In this document: positions 21,901 through 33,900 of the stretch, one piece after another
Layout of the letters: each line of letters opens with the position of its first letter
Position numbering within the stretch: the stretch's first letter is position 1
Assembly: GCA_977016875.1 (NCBI GenBank)
Contig: CDRNST010000025.1
Coordinates: 124,001 to 188,000 of the forward strand
Length of the DNA: 64,000 nt
From: Pavona decussata
Taxonomy: Eukaryota
Reading direction: 5' to 3'
Translations under genes and position numbers: made by a program
The notes under the pieces: model-generated
Told to the model about the DNA's origin: nothing
The model's input: the letters and a program-made list of their open reading frames with translations, nothing else
Databases searched by the model: none

Positions 21901-24900
21901 GAAACTTGCGATTTGAACACAAGTAGCAAAGGATAATACTATCTACTATTTATTGGTGAAGTTACTCATCGACCACAAAAACAACCAAATAAACAAAAAG
22001 ACTTTTGAAGAACAAAAGATGCCAGTATGATATTTTGCTTCTTACCTTCTTAAAGGAATTGTTTCGAAGATTCAAAATTTCCAGCTCAATCCCCTTTCGT
22101 TTTCCATTTTCGTCAAACTTGATAGGTCCGGTTGAACCATCCATGTTGACCTGTAGAGAGTGATCAGACCACCTTAAACTGTAAAATGAACAGGGGGAAG
22201 TAAACTCGAGATAAAAATTAGAAGATACCAACAATTATATTCTTAGATCTATTTTAGGGTACGGAAAGCACGCACCATACAACTATTTATTAGAATATGG
22301 CTGTTATAAGAACGCTAGAAGAAAGAAGAAAATTCCAGGCCCTATTTTTGATATATAAATATATTAATAAAGAAGCTCCAAGGTACATAGAAGATTTTTT
22401 TGAGATCAAAATCTTTAATTATAATTTAAGAGGGTCGGGGACACCTTTAACGCTACCCAATTATAATCTAGAATGGTGCCATAAGTCATTCTCATTTCTA
22501 GCCGCAAAACTTCGGAATTTGTTAATTACGTATGTTATGAATGCCAAGGATATTTCTACTTTTAAATGTTTCTTGAAGAAGCAGGTTCTTAGATAGATTT
22601 CAGATTTAAGTAATTTAAGTAATTTTTAAATCTAGTAAGTACCTTACCTTTCTCATGCAGGTCAACACTGCGTCTCTGATGGCAGTGATGGCAGACCCAT
22701 TAATCGATAAACATGGTTCTTTGTTTAGAGCCTGTTTGATGACTGGCATGGAATCATAAGCTAATGCAATGAGGTGCTACGAAATTATTGAGCATTGATC
22801 AGTGAGAACNNNNNNNNNNNNNNNNNNNNNNNNNNNNNNNNNNNNNNNNNNNNNNNNNNNNNNNNNNNNNNNNNNNNNNNNNNNNNNNNNNNNNNNNNNN
22901 NNNNNNNNNNNNNNNNNNNNNNNNNNNNNNNNNNNNNNNNNNNNNNNNNNNNNNNNNNNNNNNNNNNNNNNNNNNNNNNNNNNNNNNNNNNNNNNNNNNN
23001 NNNNNNNNNNNNNNNNNNNNNNNNNNNNNNNNNNNNNNNNNNNNNNNNNNNNNNNNNNNNNNNNNNNNNNNNNNNNNNNNNNNNNNNNNNNNNNNNNNNN
23101 NNNNNNNNNNNNNNNNNNNNNNNNNNNNNNNNNNNNNNNNNNNNNNNNNNNNNNNNNNNNNNNNNNNNNNNNNNNNNNNNNNNNNNNNNNNNNNNNNNNN
23201 NNNNNNNNGCAGCCTAGCCACCTAATCAGATCACCGCATTTGTTGTCGAGCGTTAATATTATTCTAACAAATTTACATAAAGTTAACGTGGAAATGTCTT
23301 CTTTTTCTTGAACAAAGACAGATAAAAATGTTTCATACCTTTCAATTATAACAGAGGTGTTTAGTTTCAAAATGAACAAACTTGGACTTGACTTCGTTTA
23401 CGTTTTATTTTTATTTCACATTTTGTGACCGTAACATAAAGTAGCGAGTATTTTGATCATGTGATCTTAGTGAGTACGTGCTTGAATGTGTGTTGAGAAT
23501 CTTCGCAGTTTATAAGCAGGTCGTCGTTTAAATCCGCACAAAATGTAAGTTTCTTTGCACCTTTAGTTTGTCTTTCGCCTTTTCTTTAAGTTTATTTTGT
23601 ATTGTCCTTTATTTTCTCTAGTTTTCACCGGTAGTGACAATGTTGTGAAATCGCTCGCCATGATGCAGTAAACAAGTAAATGCAGAGATACATGAGAATA
23701 GAGTGTTAACAACCCAACCGCGTCGAATTATTTGTGCAAACCCAACATTGTGAAAAATTTTTGGTTAACAAGGCGACGATTTGAAGGACATTGCCGTTTT
23801 GCTCGGCTTTTGCGAGAAGTAATGGACCCCTCGAGTGGTGGCATTGGAGAGTCGAAAACTAGTGGACCGGACCGCGGGACTGAGGATCGAGGAACTGGCC
23901 GGATTGAATCAGGTGGGGAAATTAATTTAATGGGCCTTGGAACAAACCTAATGGCTAACACAAATGAAGATTTTCCTGTTGACATCGGGGCCGCTGCCTT
24001 TGCATTACCTCCTGAGGTCTTAAGGCCCCCGCTAGCTCGAGGAGCCTTTGGTTACTCACTACGTCAAAATCCCCTTCCAAATACTCAAATAGATTTTAGT
24101 GAAGTCATCCGTCAGCGAGAAATAAGTGAACAGCACAGACTAGCATCTTCTTGGAACAAAATCGCTGACTATGTTGCAACTGAAACTCAGCAATTACGTA
24201 CATGTCTCTACACTAATTGGGACGTCCTATCTGCTGGTCGAATGGTAGAAAGTGTCACTCGTGCTTGGAAATCCTTTGAGGAAATTCATTCAAGGTATCT
24301 TCCGTGCATAAATCAGAGGAAACGTCTACAAGAGGTCGAGGAAAGGTTCAGATCCCTAAAGGAGACAGTTATAAGCTTATTTGAGCAAGAAGAGCGAATG
24401 CGAACGGATCACGAAGCCCCCAAACATGACGATGAAATTTCTGTCAAAAGTGAGAAGTCACAAGGCAGCTCTGTGTCCTCTAAGGCATCATCTCGTAAGA
24501 AAGAGAAGCTAAGAGCCGCGCTTCTGGCCAAGAAGAAAGTGGAGCTGGCAAAACGAAGAGCTGAAGAGGATGCTGAGCTGGCCAGGCAAAAGGCACGAAT
24601 GGAATTGAGGCGATTGGAGGACGAGGCTGCTTTAGCCGAACTGGACTGGAAGATCGAAAGGGACTATGATGAAGACACTGGTCAGCTTGAGACCGTCGAC
24701 GAAATTGAGAAAACACACCTCAACAGCTGCGAAGGTCCACCCAAAGGTTCCGAGTCAGAAAGGCAAGAGCTTCCAAAGTCAACCCCACGTAAGACCGAGA
24801 AAACCTTGGGCATCTCACCTGTAGATCACTCTACCCCCTCTGATAAAATACCAACATCCTCCAAGTCGGTTCATTTGCCCAGTTACTCCACTGTAGAAGA

Positions 24901-27900
24901 GTCTAAAAGGGAGGTGCCGCATGTCTCCAACCATACACCCATACAACACTCGCCTCAAGGTTTATTTCAGTCCAGGACAAAGCCTCATCCAGACACCAGA
25001 AGAGAGGAGACCACCCCAAAGGACCACGTTGCAGCCATGTGGAAGGTTCAACTGCTAAATGGCATTACGCCTACACAGTTTAATGGAAATCCAGCCGACT
25101 TCCCTTTCTTTCGAGAGCAGACCCGCACTCATCTTGAGAGTGAACTTCTAACCGACGCGCAGCGAATTGAGTACCTGCCAAAGTTTCTGAAAGGTGAAGC
25201 TCTGGAAGTCATCGAACGAAACAGAGGCTGCTCCTACAAAGACCTCATAAAGACTCTAGAGGATCGTTTCGGTAAACCCATCCAAGTTTCACGAGCCTGC
25301 ATTGACGGTTTGGTATCTGGTCCCAAGCTTGCCCCAGGGGACAATGTGAGTTTACTGAACTTTGCTGAGAAGCTGAATACAGCGACAAAGATCCTGAAAG
25401 GTGATGTTGAGCATGAGGCTAGTGTGGCTACCAACCTGAGGAGAATTGTAAGCAGACTTCCGAACGACCTTGTTGCAAAGTGGCAAACTGAAAATTATGA
25501 GATCGTAAATCGTGGCAGGTCCGCTCGCTTACAGGATATCGCGAAATTTGTTATGAGACAAGCGTCGATAAGAAACGACCCAATCTTTGGGCCACAGAGG
25601 CAAAGGAGGGAGAATAGTGAAGACAAGGATACTCGGAATTCATCCAGGATTAAGAAACCACCACCTCCCAGGGACTCTACTATTTCATCAACTAAAATTG
25701 AAAGGCCACCAGAACCTCCCAGGGACTCCACAGTACCATCTGCTAAATCTGAAAGGCCCCCAGAGCCAGGAAATCACATCAAATGCTTAATCTGCAAATC
25801 CACACCCCATCGTCTGCAGGATTGCCCAATCATTAAGCAGTGCGATCGTGTAGCAGTAAGGCGACAGTATGCAGCCTCCTACGGGTTCTGCTTTAACTGT
25901 GGTTGTCACAATCCAACCCATAGTGGCACTACTTGTCCGGATCCCCCAGCCTGCTCCAAGTGTCCTGGGCATCATCTGACACTTTTACACAAGGAAAACA
26001 GCAATGGACGTCGTTTCCGGCCGAGAACCAATAATGGCGTAAGCAGTAATCACAACCAAGCAAATTCCCGTTCTGCTACGGTACCTCCACAGCAACAAAG
26101 CATGGGATCTGGTGCAGCACCACAAACCACCAACATCCATCAGGCCTCAGTGAGCACGACAGAGGTTTTTGCCCCGCAAGGTCGAGTCCTGTTAAATGTG
26201 GTTCCTGTGACTATCACGGCTGAGGATGGCGATTCCCTTTCCACGTACGGGTTTCTAGATAATGGCTGCACTGACACTCTTATTGATCGTCAGCTTGCGG
26301 ATCAGCTTAATCTGGAAGGAACTTTGCAACGAATTGGCATCAAGACTATCAGGAGAAGTGAGGAATCAATAGAAAGTGAACGGGTGTCGTTCACCCTCGG
26401 TCCCGTGGATGGGTGCGGTAGATGTATTGAAGTCAATGAAGCCTACGTACTCCCAGATCTCAATCAGTCAGGGCAGATTTTACCGGATTCTGTTGACGTT
26501 TCAAAGTATCCACACCTGCAAGACCTGACATTCCCAGAAGTTGACATTAAGCGAGTATCCATAATCATAGGAAGCAATGTACCTGCTGTCCATTTGCAAG
26601 ATGAAGTCAGGGTCCCACCAGACAACAACGGTCCTTTTGGTTACCGGTTTCCGCTTGGCTGGAGTATTGCAGGGCCTTTAACTTGCCGCGACAAAGGGAA
26701 AACATCAGTCAACTTCCTTTCGGTGGGCATGGAAGATCAGATGGAACGCTTCTGGAAAATTGAGGATTACGAAGCCTCAAAGTCAGATGATAAGCCACTG
26801 TCAATCGAGGACAAGCGAGCCTTAAAAATCCTTGAGGACACAACAAGAATCGTAGATGGCCATTATGAAGTCGGTCTCTTGTGGAAAGAAGATCAGCCGC
26901 AACTACCAAACAACCGTACTCTGGCTGAAAAACGAGTCGAACTGCTAAGGCGCCGGCTAGCAAAACCAGGAAATGAGGAAATGGCTGCAAAGTACAGAGC
27001 AGTTATGACTGAGTACATATCAAAGGGATATGCCCGCAAGCTTACCCCTGAAGAAGCAGCTAAAGAGAGCTCACACACCTGGTATTTACCCCATCATCCA
27101 GTGATGAACCCGAACAAACCTGGGAAACTTCGCATAGTCTTTGATGCTGCAGCAGAGTATGAAGGCACATCACTTAACAAAAGTCTTCTCCAAGGCCCAG
27201 ACGTGACCAATAGCCTCGTTGGAGTACTGCTACGCTTTCGCCAAGGGAAGGTTGGCCTAGCTGCCGATGTGGAGGCAATGTTCCATCAGGTGCGCGTCCG
27301 CAAAGAAGATCAAGATGCTCTGCGTTTCCTATGGTGGACTAACGACTACAGTCAGCATCCAGACGTTTATGTTATGGAGGTACACATCTTCGGGGCCACT
27401 TCATCCCCATGTGTTGCCAACTCTGTCCTGAGGAGAACTGCCACTGATAATTCAAAGAAATTCAGTCCAGAAGTTGCAGCAGTTGTTGAGAAGAACTTCT
27501 ATGTCGACGACGCGCTACCGTCGTTTAGCAGCAACACCTTAGCAACCAGAATGGCAACAGACCTCGCCGAAATGTTAGATCATGGTGGCTTTCGCCTAAC
27601 GAAGTTCATGTCCAACAGCAAAGAAGTTTTGTCCTCGATTCCTGTCCAAAGAAGAGCTACACCAAACCTGGACCTAAGGCTAGATGAATTGCCGGTGGAG
27701 AGGGCACTGGGTGTTCGTTGGTTTGTCGAGACTGATGAACTGGGGTTCGAGATCAAGAACCTGAACCGTCCTGAGACAAAGCGTGGAATCCTGTCTGCTG
27801 TCTGTTCATTGTACGACCCACTCGGATTTGCTGCGCCCGTAGCACTCACAGCAAGAACTCTTATACAGGACATATGGAAGGCAAAGCTAGACTGGGACCA

Positions 27901-30900
27901 GCCATTGGAAGAACACTTCTTAAAGAGATGGAGATCTTGGGCCGCACAGCTGCCCTCCTTGTCTGAGCTCCGTATCCCACGCTACTACTTCCCTCCTGGA
28001 GTGGACCCGAAGAAATGCAGACTTCAGTTACATGTCTTCTCAGATGCCTCCGAAGTTGGATATGGCGCATAGGCCTACCTGAGGATTGTAGGTCCAGATG
28101 ACTCCATCCATTGCTCGTTTGTCATGGGAAAGGCAAGAAATGCTCCCATCAAGTTCACTAGCATCCCAAGGCTTGAATTGCAAGCAGCTGTCCTTGCCAC
28201 GCGCCTAAACAAGATGTTGAGAGAAGAGCTCGATCTGCCCATACAGCAAACTAAGTACTGGACAGATAGCGAAATAGTGCTTCACTACCTGAAGAATGAG
28301 AAGCGCCGATTCCAAACCTATGTCGCCAATCGTGTGGAAGAGATTAGAGAAAACTCACATCCTAATGACTGGAATCATGTACCAGGTGCCTTAAACCCAG
28401 CTGATGATGTCTCCCGTGGCTTGAACCCTTCAGATCTGAAATTTAACCAACGCTGGTTACGAGGGCCAGAATTTCTCTGGCAGCCAGAATCCCTCTGGCC
28501 CACTGCAGACTGTAAGGAAGTCCCGGACGAAGCTTTAGAATTGAAGAAAGAAGCGCACGCCAATCATGTTGATGTAAACATCCATTCTGTCGCTCAACAG
28601 ACAGACTCCTCTGCATTGAGCCCGCTGAGCGTAACGGCCAAAGATGTCATGGATCGCATGTTGAACAGTTGTTCTGATTGGACCCGGCTAAGACGTCGGG
28701 TTGCTTGGCTTATCCGCTTCGTCCATTTTCTTCGCAATCGAAAGACTACCCAGAGAGGCCACCTGACCCTTGAAGATTATGATGCAGCTACTATAGCCAT
28801 CACGAGAATCGTTCAACTTTCTGCCTATCCTCAAGAAATTAAAGACCTAAAGGCCAAAGGTGCAGTGAGGCCGTCCAGCAGTATAGTTGCCCTGGACCCA
28901 ATGCTTGATGACCATGGCGTTCTGAGAGTTAAAGGCCGCATAGTAAATCCACCTGTCGCTGATGCTGCTAGGAACCAAGCAATTCTACCGAGAGACCATC
29001 CCATAACAGCAGTGATTGTTCGCCATGTTCATGAGTCAATTGGCCACTTGGGGCGCGAGCACCTCATATCAAGGGTGCGTGAGAAGCTGTGGATCCCTCA
29101 GATTAGAGTTCTTGTTCGTTCCATCCTTGGGCGATGCCTTCGTTGTAAAAGGTTGAATGCCAGACAAATAGTTCAGCAAATGGCACCCCTTCCAAGAAGC
29201 CGCATGATGGCTTACCAGCCTCCGTTCTCGTACTCAGGAATGGATCTGTTTGGTCCCCTCCAAGTGAAGCATGGCAGAGGTACAGCAAAGCGCTGGTGTT
29301 GTCTGTTCACATGTTTGAATACTCGTGCTGTTCACCTCAAATTAGTCCAGTCAATGAACACAGATGACTTCATAATGTGCCTAAGGAGATTCATCAATCG
29401 CCGTGGAGAGGTTTCAGAATTAAGATGTGATAGAGGATCCAACTTTGTAGGAGCGGAACGAGAACTGAGAGAAGAGATCAAGCAGTGGGATCAGCAGAAA
29501 ATTGACCGTGAGCTACTTCAGCGTGGATGCAAGTGGATTTTCCAGCCGCCAACTGCCTCTAGCATGTCAGGAATTTGGGAACGTCTTGTGCGCAGTGCTA
29601 AGACTGTCCTGAAGGCAATCCTTGGAACCCAAATGGTCTCTGAGCCGGTCCTCCAAACTCTTCTGACGGAAGTTGAGCGAGTACTAAATGGTCGGGCTCT
29701 GACAACTAATTCTGATGACCCGAATGACCTCCAGCCACTCACGCCTGCCCACTTCCTGATGCAAAGGAAAACAATCTGCCTTCCTCCAGGTGTGTTTCAA
29801 CCGGCGGACCAGTACAGAAGGAAATGGAAGCAAGTTCAATTCCTTGCCGACCTGTTTTGGAAGAGGTGGTTGCGCGAATATTTGCCGACACTGCAAGTTC
29901 GAGGGAAATGGCACAGAGCCCTACCTAACCTGAAGCCAAACGCCCTGGTTTTGTTGATGGATGACAGTGCACCTAGAGGGTATTGGAGTCTGGGCCGAGT
30001 TCTGGAGGTCTACCCTGGCTCTGACGGGATGGTGAGGACGGTTAAGGTCAAGACTAAAGACTCTGTCTATATTCGGCCGATCCAGAAGCTGTGCCTTCTG
30101 GAAAATGACCTTGATAGTGCTAAAGCTTTAACTGTGAACTAGAGACGTTGGGCGTCCTAAGTCGGATCGTCCCAAGGCGGGCGGAATGTTTAGTTTCAAA
30201 ATGAACAAACTTGGACTTGACTTTGTTTACGTTTTATTTTTATTTCACATTTTGTGACCGTAACATAAAGTAGCGAGTATTTTGATCATGTGATCTTAGT
30301 GAGTTTTCAGCGAAGCACGTGCTTGAATGTGTGTTGAGAATCTTCGCAGTTTATAAGCAGGTCGTCGTTTAAATCCGCACAAAATGTAAGTTTCTTTGCA
30401 CCTTTAGTTTGTCTTTCGCCTTTTCTTTAAGTTTATTTTGTATTGTCCTTTATTTTCTCTAGTTTTCACCGGTAGTGACAATGTTGTGAAATCGCTCGCC
30501 ATGATGCTGTAAACAAGTAAATGCAGAGATACATGAGAATAGAGTGTTAACAACCCAACCGCGTCGAATTATTTGTGCAAACCCAACAAGAGGAAATGCC
30601 AATTTTTTCATACGTTCAATTACCTTTACCTCACATGCGACCCTACCTTGTCACTGGTATCGTAATTCTTTTCCACTGCCTTTTCCAGTTTATCAGAAGG
30701 TTTAATGTAAATCCTCAAAGCTAAAACCACATTGCCTGAGAGACTTGTTAAGTCCCCCGAGACCTATAGTAGAAGGTAAATGTTAATACTGTTCCTGATT
30801 AGTAAAACCTCCAGTGTTGATAATTGGTTTGCGCTAGGCCACTTTTGATACTTTGATAAAACTATTATTATTGAGGTTCTAATATCTTTTTGATTAACAT

Positions 30901-33900
30901 TTTAATTGTGAAGAGCTTTAGCCTCCATGAAGGAGAACAGCCATCTAATTGTGAAGAGCTCCAGCCTCCATAAAGGAGAACAGCTATCTATTTGATGTTA
31001 TTGTTAATCACAACGTAACACTGCCCAATATGGTCATGGTGCACTCAATATTTTTCGGTCGACCACACGCAAAAGATATCCTACGATATAGTTCGCGTGC
31101 CCCGGAGAAAAATGGCGAAATAAAGATCGTCCAAGCTTTTCTGTAAAAAAATGTGTTTTGTTATATACGTACCCTGTTATATCCTCCTTTATTATCCCCT
31201 GCTTTTGGCCAACTCAGCCTACGCCCTCGTCGGCTAAGTATCAGGCGATATTCCGCAGGATAATTGTTAAATATTTCAGAAAGGATACTTAATATTTGAC
31301 CATGGTCTGAGAAAATCTGGCTGGTAAATGTCATATGCGTGTGACATGCTTTCTCAACCTTTCACTGTTCGGTTTCACTGTTTGCGGGTTGGGCAGATTA
31401 CCGTAATTTTAAGCCCAAGTGAACGTAGTTTGGATAGCCAATACTAAGTATTCTATTCATCTTTAAAACAGAATCAATCGTTTCTTTTTCCCTCACCTGT
31501 CCTTGTAATATCCATTTAGAGTCATTGTTGTGTTTAAAAGGTTTCTGTAACAAAGGAAATACAAATATAACTGAAGAAGACATTGGAACCCCAGGAAAAA
31601 AGTTACCGGTGGAAGAATAGAAGGAGGAGAAGGAGGAGCGAAAGAAGAAAAAGAAGAAGAAGAAGAAGAAGAAGAAGAAGAAGAAGAAGAAGAAGAAGAA
31701 GAAGAAGAAAAAGAAGAAGAGGAAAAGGAAAGGGAAGGAGGAGGAGGAGTAGGAGAAGAAGAAGAAGCAGATTACGACGTAGGAAAGACAATATTACCTG
31801 CTGTTTTAGTAGGCGTTCCACTTTTTCTATACTTGTGTAAAGAAGAATAACGTCTGGCCCATAGTTTGTTATTTTCTCCACTGCTTCACGGACTGATGCT
31901 GCCTGATCTTCATTTGCTTGGTCTTTTTCATTTAGCTGCACAAAATGTATGGTGAACTTTGCACTTTGGGATATGGTATAGAAATATCCAGCTTCATGTA
32001 GACGCCCCTCTTTTAAAGAGATTAAAGAAAAACTTTGGTTTTTGAACATAAATGTATTTATCATAAGAAGTCGTTTAAAAACTCTCATGAGAGCTTTTTT
32101 TTAATAATTATGTGGAGACTGATGGGTACTATGCGTGTCTGTGTTTACCGTTTGAATGGGTGACTTACTTCAATAAAAAAAAAGCATTTCTAGTAGACAC
32201 ATGTCTAGAAATGCACCTTACCCTGGGTACTTCATATAAAACAGACCTTCATATAAAACAGACCTTTTTTTCGTTTCCATATGACTTCATTTTTGACAGA
32301 ACTATTTCTGTTTTGGTTAGAATTAAGGTTACGGGACACCTTGTGATGTCTATCATACAGTTCATGAATCTCATAAGCGTGCATTTCTGGACATATCTTC
32401 TTTAAGAGACATTAAACAAGCAGTTAAGGAATCTGTACCATCGAGAACAAGTGCTATCTTGTTCCACTGGAATGTGTTGAGTATGTCAAGTGTAGCATAC
32501 GCGTGGTCCCTGTACCCCGCTGACATCTCAATCGCATTTTCACACTGATCGCATGGCCTGTCGTTTCCATAGAGACGTATGAGGGGAATGCCGGTTACTT
32601 TGGAGAGTACGCAGGTTGGGTACTTTGTGTGGCTTCCCTCAATAAGTGCAACGACGTTTTGTTGCAGTAACGCTAAAGCTAAAACAAAAAAACCTCAAAG
32701 TATTAGTTGGTAAATGGTGTAATAAAGCAAAGGACTAACGTATTGTTTATGTATAAATCATAGGCTCCTTATTGCCTCATTGGCACAAATGAAACAACTA
32801 TGAAACAACCGGCTATCAGCTTGCATTTCACCCATTCCTCAGCTATCAAGTAGAATTTCGGCCCATTTCTAAGCTATCAATTAACTAAGTAGAAACTTTT
32901 GTTAAGCATCAACTACACAGTTATTGACAAGTTATTTACAAGTATAGTTTACACTATACTCAGGCAAATTTTAGCCATCTCAAGTAACGGTTTCTTGACG
33001 CTCCTCACGTTTCAATTTTTGGATACAACTCAATATACAATGTAATACTTATTTAATACAACTACAACTTCTCAATACACAATCCAATACTAATTATGGG
33101 ATACAACTACTCAATGCACAATCCAATAATTATTGGACGTAACTACTCAAAATACAATCCAATAATTATTGGATACAACGGTAAACTGCCTTTTCTCAGA
33201 TCATTGTTATGATTTCGGCCAATTTTCAGCTTATCCCCATATACAACCTGTGATAAGTTTAATATTCTCGGAGAAATTTAATACCTTCAAGGAAATTTAC
33301 AAAGAATGTATAGGGTCTTTGCAAGAATCTTGGTACTTGTTTCTCAAAAGCTATTAAACATATCAAACTCAAATTTTCAGCGGTTTCAAAGTTTGCCAAG
33401 TTTTTTCATTTTATATCTACTTGTTTTGTTTATGTTAATTTATGCTAATTTTTGCTGCAGCGGGGCTGTTGAACGTGTAAACCGGCGGAGATCCTCGTAT
33501 TGAGTCATGTCTCATATGCCCCAAAGCCCATGGAATTTTGCTGTTGCCACTTGAAAGACGTGAAAAATGTACACATACAAATATGTTACCTTGATTGAAT
33601 AGGTTGGTGTTCTCTGTCGTGTTGATGGATTTGAAGACAAGTGAAACATTGCTGAAAACACTCGTCTTGTTGGCGGCGAAGCGCATTGCATCATACACTG
33701 CTGAATTTCCATGAATAACACCTATAAAGACCGGACGGTAGGGATGTAGTTTTGTTTATTAGATGCGAAACTACCCCTCCCTCCACTAAAAGAGGTTCCC
33801 AACCCACCCTCCCCCTCCCTTCCCCGACCCACCACTAATTCATTTACTTCTTGTAGCTTTCACTTTAAAGCATCGATTAAAATCGATTAGTATATTTCAC

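Larger units (their letters stand above)
23358..30588 (+). mobile_element. Full-length BEL/Pao LTR retrotransposon in intron 6 of gene A (antisense to the host)
   Basis: LTRs at 23358-23747 (390 bp) and 30187-30588 (402 bp) with TG...CA ends, differing by 2 substitutions and one 12-bp indel. TSD AGAGG at 23353-23357 and 30589-30593. PPT-like AAGGCGGGCGGAA precedes the 3' LTR. Confidence 0.96.

Noticed and set aside
22777-23379. ORFs containing X runs (also 5065-5466 and 48646-48924)
   Set aside because: Artefacts of N gaps.
24480-29914. Short antisense or alternate-frame ORFs inside the LTR elements (also 7326-10599)
   Set aside because: No motifs; expected shadows of long coding frames. 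No env-like ORF seen.
31583-31840. Arg-rich protamine-like ORF, and the poly-Leu tail on the other strand
   Set aside because: Translation of an intronic (GAA)n microsatellite that is not conserved in gene B.
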